A DNA stretch of 63,408 nucleotides, counting the filler, from Octopus bimaculoides (lineage: Eukaryota), in assembly GCF_001194135.2 (NCBI RefSeq). It is 4 parts of 4 records of this genome, joined end to end, with 100 filler letters (N's around TTAATTAATTAA, not from the genome) between each part and the next. Parts side by side here need not be neighbours in the genome. Positions count along the whole stretch, not along the records: positions 1 to 20,167 come from NC_068981.1; 3 more parts are not named here. One strand, 5' to 3'. A program made the position numbers and the translations under genes. Every line of letters begins with the position of its first letter. Within the stretch, counting starts at the first letter, position 1. This document shows, one piece after another, positions 1 through 10,818 of this stretch. A model generated the notes under the pieces. The model was given only the letters and a program-made list of their open reading frames with translations, was not told where the DNA came from and did no database searches.

Positions 1-620
1 GTAAAATTTTCTTGGGGACCATTATATTTTATAATTACACAATAAGGCATGCTCTTATATATAGAAGTAGGCTTTCTCTCAGGCTAAGTAGATAACGAGA
101 GAACCGAAACCAAACGCCAAATGCTATCCACAAGTTGTGGGCAGAAGCAGACTGAAATTACATATACACCATTTTTACGTTTGAGGGAAATTGGTAAAAT
201 ATCGGTATATTTGTAATTCTCAAAAAAAAAAAAAACATGAATTCTTTTTCAACAATAAATCTAACACTGATTTATTTCTAAAAAAAAAAAAAATTCTATA
301 CTTCTATAAGCACACGCATCTGTATCACATATGTAATTGTATACATGTAAACATACATATATGCATATGTATGTATATACAATAATAACATATACGAAGA
401 TATTTATACATATATAAGTATAGAAAAACGCACACACAAACACACACATATACACACACCTATATATCATGTATTATTTATACAAAGGACAAAATATTCT
501 CAAGGTATATATTTTACCATTAAAAATGTCAGCATGCAGAACAGTAACATGCATATACACATAAGAAATAGATAGGCACATGCATATAGCAAAAGATAAT
601 CTATGTGCATATATACATGT

Positions 621-623
<3 letters not shown>

Positions 624-688
<65 letters not shown>
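624..688. repeat. (TG)n microsatellite, representative of dozens of TG, TA, CATA, GATA, AAT and GA arrays in the window
   Basis: Direct reading. Other long arrays: (TAT)n 28399-28510, (CATA)n about 42010-42108, (AAT)n 49198-49255, 49512-49585 and 50850-50931, (GA)n about 57445-57486. Confidence 0.99.
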
Positions 689-691
<3 letters not shown>

Positions 692-975
692 CGTATATAT
701 ATATATATATACGAACAAGCATACACACTCCCATGCTGGTGTGCCTATGGATTACGTAGATGAACATATTCGCACAGTCTTATTTATGCAATTATAGAAC
801 ATGTAATTTTCGTCATGTGTTTCTTTCACTGAATTATATATTTCTGCAGCTCCGTTAGCTGTACGTTTCATGAGAAGCTACGACTTAAAATTCAGAATGA
901 ATAATTCTTTGCCTTTAACAATGAAGATAATTACATCAGTGAAATAGTACTGTTCTTTCATTTTTATGCATTACC

Positions 976-1011
<36 letters not shown>

Positions 1012-2015
1012 TTCAACTGTAATGGAAGTACCTGCAAATGTCTATTTTTTTCCAAATTTATTCATCTTCAACTCACATATACACCCACGTACTTTACGCT
1101 GCTTCATTATATCTCTCGACATTGAAAAAGAGAAATGTGCATTAGGTAATTATTTTCTATTGTCGTGTGTTCAAATCCTACACACACAACAAAACCACGC
1201 ATATATAATATATAAGTATAGATATTTAAATATGGAAGTATAGAAGAATATCTATACGATAATGCTTGTGTATATTTATATATAAGTTTGTATCTCTTCT
1301 ATGTATGCGTTTGTGTGGTGTGTGTGTGCGCATAAGAGAGAGAGAGAGAGAGGCGGATTGTTTTGTGTGTGTGTGTTTGTGTGTGTGTGTAAGAGAGAAA
1401 GTGAGATCGTGAGAGAGTGTGTATGTTTGCGCGTGTGTGTGTGCGTGTGTTTTCCTGTCTTATGTTGGCATCGTTTCGACCTATGAAAATCTAACGCAGT
1501 GGAATAACATGGAATCAAAAATAAGAAAATATGTTGCTTCGCAAATCTGAAGAAAATAATTACCGTAAAGATTATGAAATGCATTTCATCGTACTTTTTT
1601 AATGTTATTCTAAACAAATATTTAATATAATAGAAACGATTGTTTCTGTATGAAACTTATTATTATAGTTTTCCCCATGTATAAAATCATATTTATCTAT
1701 TTGTGTTGTTAGCATTACTCGGATATTCCATAGAAAAGGAACACATGAAACCAGAAGAGAAGATAAAGCGCGCAACATGCATAACACGCATATATGCATG
1801 CATATATCAACACACAAACACAAGCCCCCCCCACACACACACACATGTGTGTGTGTGTGTACATTTTATGTATATATGTAACTTCATCAATACACAAATT
1901 GTGTTTATATGTGTGCTGAAATTTACCGATCAATATAGGTAATTCTAGATCGCTGTTTCCGGGCGGTTATAGTCCCTGTCAGAATGTACGTATACAATTA
2001 TGTGCTTTGACTACA

Positions 2016-2404
2016 GCGGAGGCGCAACGGCCCAGTGGCTAGGGCAACGGACTCGCAGTCATAGGATCGCGGTTTTGATTCCCAGACCGGGCGTTGTACG
2101 AGTTTATTGAGCGAAAACAACTAAAGCTCCACGAGGTTCCGGCAGTGGATGGTGGCGAGCCCTGATGTACTCTTTCACCACAACTTTCTCTCACTTTTAC
2201 TTCCTGTTTCTGTGGTGCCTGTAATTCAAAGAGTCAGCCTTGTCACACTGTGTCACGCTGAATATCCCCAAGAACTACGTTGAGGGCACACGTGTCTCTG
2301 GAGTGCTCAGCCACTTGCACGTTAATTTCACGAGCAAGCTGTTCCGTTGATCGGATCAACTGGAACCCTCGACGTCGTAAGCGACGAAGTGCCAACCACC
2401 ACCA
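2016..2404 (+). mobile_element. tRNA-derived SINE, family A, full length
   Basis: A-box TGGCCCAGTGG-like head and B-box-like segment, (ACC)n tail, TSD CTTTGACTACA(G) at 2005 and 2405. Matches 56694-57075. Confidence 0.9.
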
Positions 2405-3177
2405 CTTTGACTACAGTATTGGAGCATTGTGGGTTGTTCTAACACTCTGGTCATATATAGTGATAATTGTAGTTTTCCGATTTTGTAAAGCATTGCACAC
2501 TGCCTGAAAACCGTTGTTCCTGTGTTACATCTCCCTAACTGAGCGGTTCGTTCAAAGAAAGATATAATGAGCACTAGGCTTTGCACTCCATATATATTGC
2601 AATTGGGAAAAGAACTCTCAACTAACCTGGCTCGGAGATAACCATATCATGTGATTTCGATCTTATTAGATGATCTTCAAAGGTGGTCGCTCGTCTGACA
2701 GACATAGTAATAGTCTAACCCAGCTCGTGATAAATAGAACAAAACAGTGTTACACACTCACTGGTTTCTCAACTAATAAACGAGTTATTTAGAAAAATCT
2801 TTATTTGAGATATAAGAAATATTCATACTGAAAAGTAATGCTTATCGCTACTTAAATATGGGTGTTCTTTCAGAACAGATGATACTGTTATGTTAACTCC
2901 ATCTGGTTATTCAGGTCGTTTCGCACTCGATATATATTGCAAGCGGGGAGATAACTCCCTACTATCCTAGCTCGGAAAGTGATGCGCGCACATGCGTGTG
3001 CGTGTGTATAGATAGAGCAATAGATAGACAAATAGATAAACAGATATATAATTAGGTAGATAGATGTGCAGATAGATAAATCGATAGATAGATACATGAG
3101 TAGAAAGATAGATAGATACATGAGTAGATAGATAGATAGACAGATAGATAGATAGACAGATAGATAGATAGATACAT

Positions 3178-4145
3178 AACTTTATTTATTAGCCACACAG
3201 GGTCGAACACAGAGGAGACAAACTACAATGTAGAGTTTTTCTTTTCGAACGAAAATAGAGGAAAATAGAAAAAAGGGAGGAGAAAATTTCCGATCAAAAG
3301 GGATTGTGCACAAAAAAAAATGCGTAAAAAAAAAGTGTAAAAAAAAAAAAAAAACAGGTTAGGTTTATCTGTGGAGAGAAAAGCCTACGTAAAAGACCAC
3401 GGTAACCTTAGGCAGGAAGGGAAAAAACACATGGGAGCTAAGGGCTCTCTCGTTTTTGGATTTACAGGATCATGCTCAAAGTGGTGTCGTTATTTGCGTG
3501 TACCATCTTCGCTACATTCACCCAGTTTTTATTGATTCTGTCATGAGACAAAAATCGCTTCTCCATTCTATCCTTCCTTGTCTTTTCCCAGTTAATTTTC
3601 GCTCCCGTTACCGCTTCATATTCTTTTAGCGTTTCGCTCACCAGTAGTGGCTCTAGACTCAATATGGACAGAAGAGACGACAACGGGCATCCTTGACGGA
3701 CTGAACGTGATGTTAAAATGTCTGGAGAGATGACTATTTACACCAACTAACGAGCGGATGATGCTGAATATGGCAGCCATCTAACCGCGGAACCATATGA
3801 CAATAGAGTTCGTAGGACAGACCATCCAAGCCTGGTGACTTGTCACCCGCGCAGTCTGCCATCGCTTCCCGATCGTCCGCGGCTGTGAGGGTCTTTCACA
3901 ACACTCCGCCTCTCTTGCTGAGAGTTGTGGCAGACCATGCAGGTAAGCTCTAAAGTTTTTCCTGCGATCTAATCCACCAGTTGTCTCGAATAGTCGGGCA
4001 AAGTGTTATTGAAATGCCTCAGGCATCCTTTGGGCTCGAATAATTTGTGTCCTTGCTCATCTGTTACAGACCTAATGGTGACTTTGTTACCTCGTTGCGC
4101 CTCCGCCACTCGGGCTCTAGGGCGGCTCCAACTCCTTCGTTCCTC
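3178..4145 (-). mobile_element. L1/Tx1-type LINE ORF2 relic with multiple internal deletions
   Basis: Minus-strand motifs in order: DKSPGLDGLSYELY, RSVRQGCPLSSLLSILSLEP, YEAVTGAKINWEK, NWVNVAKMV, then a 3' UTR ending AATAAATAAAGTT. AGATAGATAGATACAT is duplicated at 3162-3177 and 4146-4161. Confidence 0.85.
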
Positions 4146-4581
4146 AGATAGATAGATACATACATACATACATACATACATACATGCATACATACATAAA
4201 AAAAAAATTGAAAGCAATTTGGCAAGACTTCAAAAGGACATTTACTTTAGTTATATGATAAAAGGTCTTAATATTCATTGACCGCTGTTTCTGGGATATC
4301 GCAGCTACTGGAACATCGTGTCGGAGTATGTTGAGTATACTGCCATCGGAGAGATAGCTTAAACGTGTGTAACAGTGGAAAACATTCCCCCATGAATGAT
4401 AGTTATTGTGGTTCACTATGTCTAGAAATCGAGGAGAAATGCAATTAAATCTAGTTAAAATGGGTAATCATTAGAAAAATCCATGATCATTGTCAATAGA
4501 TATATGAGATATACAGACATAGTCCAGCAGTTAGAAAATGTGAACGTGAGGTAGCGGGAGACAGAAATTGTAAGAATAGAA

Positions 4582-4760
4582 TTTTATATATCTTTTATAT
4601 ATTTTATATATCTTTTATATATTTTATATATCTTTTATATATCTTGTATATCTTTTATATATCTTTTATATATATTTTATATATATTTTATATATTTTAT
4701 ATATAGTTTATATATCTTTTATATATCTTTTATATATTTTATATATCTTTTATAGATTTT
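4582..4760. repeat. AT-rich ~11-bp minisatellite (ATATCTTTTAT-like)
   Basis: Direct reading of repeated tatatatcttt/tatatatttt units. Confidence 0.85.
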
Positions 4761-5818
4761 CCCGAATTTATTTTCACTTTGACTTTGGTGATTATAAAGT
4801 ACACATCACGGGTTCATTTTATTCATGCTCAATCTATGGATGCCTCTAAGTAAGGCACTCATATCATCTAATTATACTGATAGAGGGGAAATATAAATAT
4901 ATTGCTATCTGGAATCAATTATATCGCTACGAGTTACCTTAATTGGTTTTATTATTTTCAGCAGTTGAAACTTTTACCGTTTTTATCGTGTGAGGATGCC
5001 ATTCAGTTCACATATATACGAGTTTAATAAAGGAAGTTCGTTTTATGTAACATCATATATATTTGTATGTTACTACATAACCTTCAAATTCAGTGATTTA
5101 TACATTATGCCAGTACATTTAAATTATATTGCAATCTTATAGGCAAGCATTAAGAAATAATTACCATTTAATATATAATGGAACACCATTTACTAAAACT
5201 TTATGTAGTTAATTATTTTTGATATAATAGTCTATTATAATCTACCATACTCGGTTCAGATATATCTTACCGAAGGAAAGAGAGATTGTTTGTAGTATGC
5301 CAGATATGAGCTATCTCTGGACCACACAACAATAGCAACAACAATGCCTGATATCAATTTGAAACCAAATGCCATGAGATTGCAGTTCTTTATTTTCTAG
5401 TATGTTGAAAATATGATTTTGATAACAGATTAGGCCAAGGTTAGAAATATTTGGGCAATATTTCGGACTTATGAAATATTCCTTCTTTGTATAGTAATAC
5501 AGAAGCGTAGAACTATCTTTCAGTTTCTGCCGATATTTATATTGTGACGGAATAATCTAATTTTCCATCATTCTAAACTGATATTGTAGTAAAGATTGTT
5601 TGTCAACATAACATGGCAGTCCTGGTTTAGGACGAATTTTGGCGGAATTTAACCCCAGGAGGCATCGTCTCCAGCTGGCTATATGCCATGATCTATGTCC
5701 TTATATTTTCGAACAAGGGAATCTAGCACCCCCACTCAGCTCGAAGCAATATCTGTGTATCACGATTGTCGGGTTATTTCCATTCATCAGCACAAAATAA
5801 TTGGGGTTTTTTGTTGTT

Positions 5819-5852
<34 letters not shown>

Positions 5853-6163
5853 GCATTTGAAAACCTGTCCGTTTGCATTGTTTCAGCAAAACAAAGACAC
5901 ACATTCGTCATAAGCAATAGTAATAAAATGTTAAAATGTATATTTAATTTTGTAAACCTGTAAAACGACTAAAATGAACAAGGAGAGATATATATATATT
6001 TAAGGAAATCCATTTATGATTGCATAAATTGTTTTGATTTCTCACAATAATGCACGTTCAGTGCGATGTTTCCACAGTTAACATAATCAACCGATAAAAC
6101 AAATAAGATCCAACGGTAGGAAGGTGCTTAAATTGAAATACATTTCACAAATGCTTGTTATAG

Positions 6164-6222
6164 GTTTCTCGGAACTAATTGAGCAATTCGAGATATATAA
6201 TACAGAACAGAAACCAACAAAA
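6164..6222 (+). CDS. Candidate isolated exon (xFSELIEQFEIYNTEQKPTK)
   Basis: cttgttatag acceptor, AAA|gtaagt donor, only one of three frames open. No homology recognised. Confidence 0.3.
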
Positions 6223-6803
6223 GTAAGTTATGCAATTATTTTATAATGAAATAATTAATTCCCGGTTTTGATGTAACTTTGAAATTATTGGTTCAAGTAT
6301 ACTGATTTTGTACCAGTGGTTGTTGACGGTGCTCCAGTTGCTACGTTTGAATTTGTATAATATTCTAATTTGCGTTCAATTTGATTAAGCCTCGTTTAGC
6401 GTTAATTATTGTCAACTGATTGAATAATTTTTAGTTCCTGGCAGTATAATTAATCGAATCTTAGGAATTGAAAATATTGTACAAAATATGTCAGAAAGGT
6501 CGAATAGTTGCAGTAATTACAATTAGAAAGATTTGACAAAAGAGCGAAGATATATATATATATATATATANNNNNNNNNNNNNNNNNNNNNNNNNNNNNN
6601 NNNNNNNNNNNNNNNNNNNNNNNNNNNNNNNNNNNNNNNNNNNNNNNNNNNNNNNNNNNNNNNNNNNNNNNNNNNNNNNNNNNNNNNNNNNNNNNNNNNN
6701 NNNNNNNNNNNNNNNNNNNNNNNNNNNNNNNNNNNNNNNNNNNNNNNNNNNNNNNNNNNNNNNNNNNNNNNNNNNATATATACATATGTGTGTGTGTGTG
6801 TGG

Positions 6804-6834
<31 letters not shown>

Positions 6835-7299
6835 TGTGTGTGTGTGTGTCTATATATCCATTCAATACAAATCATTATATTATAAACATGGATACTGAAC
6901 TGTGTTGAAGAATTCTCATTTGTATATTACAGAAGTACGCAGTTTGATCAAACTTCGTTCGGAAAACGATTCAATCAATATTCATTAGTTACAGTACAAC
7001 CTTAAATAACGATTTATCTTATGCCGTTCATTAAATCAGAAAATAGAATCACTTATTTGATTATCGTAAATACCTATAGAACTTCTAAGAAAATGGAAGA
7101 TTCAAATATACAAGAAAGGTGTCATGAAATAAAAATGGCTAAATTATTCGCTGACCACAAAATTAATTTTCGCTGGTCCGAAAAAATACAAAGCAAGTTG
7201 GTACAATATTCAAATAGCAGACTAGAAACCAGGCACAGAAAATTGCATATCCAATTTCGATCATCAAGAGCTGCATTTAAGTTCAGAAGTTTGTGGATC

Positions 7300-7445
7300 T
7301 TAAACTGTCTTTTCAGGATCTTATACTGTGGATCTTAAACTGTCTCTCTGTTAGATTTGCAGACCTTATAACTTACATGGCATCGAAAGGTGTGCACAGA
7401 TATATAGGCAGAATAGTTGGTGAATGCTCTTTCTTCATGGCTCCG
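7300..7445 (-). mobile_element. 3'-end fragment of the zinc-finger-tailed LINE family also seen at 61390-61790
   Basis: aaaggtgtgcacagatatataggcagaatagttggtg matches the reverse complement of about 61515-61560. Confidence 0.6.
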
Positions 7446-8130
7446 TACTTCAGACAGTACAGCTTTGTTTATTAAAAGTTGATTGGTACATTCCCACACT
7501 TCATTCCACCTGCCTCTTCATGAGTTACAATGTTGTTCGACTCACAAAGGTCCTTGTGGAATTTGGTTGAAGCAGCTTGTGTTGGGAGACTGTAGTAAAA
7601 TTTATTGCGTGTTGTAATTTTAAAATGCTTTTGAGTTGGATGCATTCCACAGACTTTGCTACTGAGTCAGCTAAGTTTGGAGGCCGACTTGAATTGAGAG
7701 GTGGTTTGTTTCCATTATTTTCTACGCCGATTCTGGCAGCCTTTGGCCCATTCTCAGTGTTTTGGGAGGATCGAGGATTAGTTGATTTGTTCTTTTTACA
7801 AAGGATACTTGTTGTCAGAGCTATTTCGCCGTGAAGATATTTAAGTTGGTATGGGCTTCGTCCCAGTATTGCTTCAATCGCTTTATGTATCCGATTGAAG
7901 TGTCATCTCGGGCATTTTCATAGCACCGCAGTAAATCTTGGTTGAGTTGCTGGATTCGAGTAAAATTAGAAGAGTACTTACGTCTTCTTAAATAGCTTAC
8001 TGGTGAAGTATATCTCTTTTAATCGGTGGTGACGTTGTTAGTTACATCTGTGGTGGTGTTAGTTTCAGCTATATTCGTGTTAACGAGATTTCACGCGGTG
8101 TAGGCGTATATTTTAAAATTGTATATCAAT
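7440..8130 (-). mobile_element. R4/Dong-like (RLE) LINE fragment: N-terminal domain plus start of RT, internally deleted
   Basis: RCYENARDDTSIGYIKRLKQYWDEAHTNLNIFTAK, then NNIVTHEEAGG, a frameshift, and VWECTNQLLINKAVLSEVR. Confidence 0.6.
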
Positions 8131-8335
8131 TGCATATCTCCATTTTCTATTCATTTTTATGAATTTAATAGATACCCATGTGATTTGTAAGGTTTTTCTC
8201 TACAAAATTGGGTATTTAACAGTGGAGCCAGTGAAAGATGAATGTTTTCATACCTATTCTTCCAGAATGGGATTTAATTATGNNNNNNNNNNAGATGAAT
8301 GTTTTCATACCTATTCTTCCAGAATGGGATTTAAT

Positions 8336-8379
<44 letters not shown>

Positions 8380-9692
8380 TGTGTGTGTGTGTGTCTATGA
8401 GTATATACACGCATAGATGTGTGTTGGTGCGGGCGATTGTGAATATCTATGTGTGTGAGCTTCGAGTTATATAAAACTCTTTTAAACTTTCGCGTAAATT
8501 ATTATAACAAATATATTTTTGAAAGAAGAACGAAGGGACACTTGAACACTTGGGATGGCCACTGGCGTTCGAATCAAAATTATTGAATGAACCCAATGTA
8601 GGGCATACTATAGATGGAAAAAAATGGAGTATGATTTGATAGGTCAGCATCATTTAGCAAGCAGCAAAATAAGTATTATGTACAGAACAATATATGCAGC
8701 TTATATAAAACGAGCGTTGGCGTTGCGTATGACTCTATTCGTCAGTACAGACTGTAGTGGAGTGATCTTACATTAAAGTTCAAAACCAGGTGCAAATGGT
8801 AGATGAATCTTAGAAGCAAGCGATATACATTTTGCTTTGTCTTCATGTAAGGCAAAGAGAAATGCATTGTAATGAGAATACATTACTTTCCTGGATATCT
8901 CATATATCAAAATGTTTCTAATGAGGAAGGTCTTATATAATGGATATATTTCCTGTTGTATATTGGAGGCGCGTGCATTAAACGATATGACGGTGTGGTT
9001 TGGTTTTTCATTATTTCAATTCATATTGCACACACACACACACACGTATATATATATATATATATATATATATNNNNNNNNNNNNNNNNNNNNNNNNNNN
9101 NNNNNNNNNNNNNNNNNNNNNNNNNNNNNNNNNNNNNNNNNNNNNNNNNNNNNNNNNNNNNNNNNNNNNNNNNNNNNNNNNNNNNNNNNNNNNNNNNNNN
9201 NNNNNNNNNNNNNNNNNNNNNNNNNNNNNNNNNNNNNNNNNNNNNNNNNNNNNNNNNNNNNNNNNNNNNNNNNNNNNNNNNNNNNNNNNNNNNNNNNNNN
9301 NNNNNNNNNNNNNNNNNNNNNNNNNNNNNNNNNNNNNNNNNNNNNNNNNNNNNNNNNNNNNNNNNNNNNNNNNNNNNNNNNNNNNNNNNNNNNNNNNNNN
9401 NNNNNNNNNNNNNNNNNNNNNNNNNNNNNNNNNNNNNNNNNNNNNNNNNNNNNNNNNNNNNNNNNNNNNNNNNNNNNNNNNNNNNNNNNNNNNNNNNNNN
9501 NNNNNNNNNNNNNNNNNNNNNNNNNNNNNNNNNNNNNNNNNNNNNNNNNNNNNNNNNNNNNNNNNNNNNNNNNNNNNNNNNNNNNNNNNNNNNNNNNNNN
9601 NNNNNNNNNNNNNNNNNNNNNNNNNNNNNNNNNNNNACATATATATATATATATACACACATACATGCACACACATACACACACGCACACAC

Positions 9693-9727
<35 letters not shown>

Positions 9728-9731
9728 TATG

Positions 9732-9765
<34 letters not shown>

Positions 9766-9858
9766 TAGATAGATAGATTCAGGTGAATATGGTACTTAAC
9801 TTTAGGCACCAGTATTTAGTATGGTATTATCCATACAGTTTCAAATTAAGGTAATTAA

Positions 9859-10044
9859 AATCAAAAGAAGCAACAAGGATATCAAGAGATAATGCAGTAC
9901 GATCTAAATTTATATGTCTTTGTGCAGCTGAAAATTGCCCTACATTTTATATCTGATATAATGTTTACATTGGTCAATTAAATGGAGTCGCATGAAACAA
10001 TCTTACTGCATTACCTCTGGATATCCTTGTTGTTTATTTTGATT
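9859..10044. repeat. Repeat with 41-bp imperfect inverted arms
   Basis: aatcaaaagaagcaacaaggatatcaagagataatgcagta (9859-9899) pairs with 10004-10044. A related single arm lies at about 32337-32376. Confidence 0.7.
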
Positions 10045-10780
10045 ATATATATGCACACAAAAGTGAGCACAACATGCTAGAGCAAGGTGGGATTGATGAT
10101 ACTCGAATACTAAAGAGCAATATACATTTTATTAAACGTGCAATATTATCACAGAAGTATGACTCAGTTTCACGTTCCTGTTTGTCGAACAACTGTATTA
10201 ATCACAACTTATTCACAGTTTTATAGAATGCATCAGTTCCTTTCAAGCTGGAATCCCATCTGATGCTCTATGTCACCATAATCAAGTTCAAAAGAAACTT
10301 TCCAGCATTTGTTGCTTTGTGTTAGCATCTGCACTTCACCACTTCTCTCATCGAAGAACATTGCTTGTGTATCCGTATCTGTGATTATTTACACAAGCGT
10401 TCGTTTTGGCAAACAAATCTTATCTTTTGCAAAGTCTCTTAATGATATTACTCCACTGAATTGTTTTCATGCTAATTCCAATATATTCACTTACGCTCTC
10501 CTCCCTAATTTCTCATCACATCGTCTATCTTTTCTCAGAGATATAATCTTGATTAATTTTCAAGTAGTCTTAATACTTTTATAAATTCTAGAACTGCTTC
10601 TAATAAGTCATTGAATACTTGTATAAGACCTTCTTTATGGTCTGTTGCTTGCTGCCTTGATGGGATTGACTCCCAAATGACTTCTACTTATACAAACATA
10701 CATACATACATACATTCATACATACCATACATACATATATAAGTGTATAGGTATAATATATATATATATACATATACATT

Positions 10781-10818
<38 letters not shown>

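Noticed and set aside
500-797. HTHTHT, CVCVCV, YIYIYI, poly-Y, poly-N and poly-I ORFs here and throughout the track
   Set aside because: They are translations of microsatellites and N gaps, with no coding signal.
8236-8339. 47-bp tandem duplication around 10 Ns
   Set aside because: An exact duplicate either side of a minimal gap is the signature of an unmerged contig overlap.
10200-10680. Possible CR1/L2-type RT relic (LDYGDI) on the minus strand; similar VRPLL..EYAS at about 26370 on the plus strand
   Set aside because: Too degraded to support without an alignment, so not listed as features.
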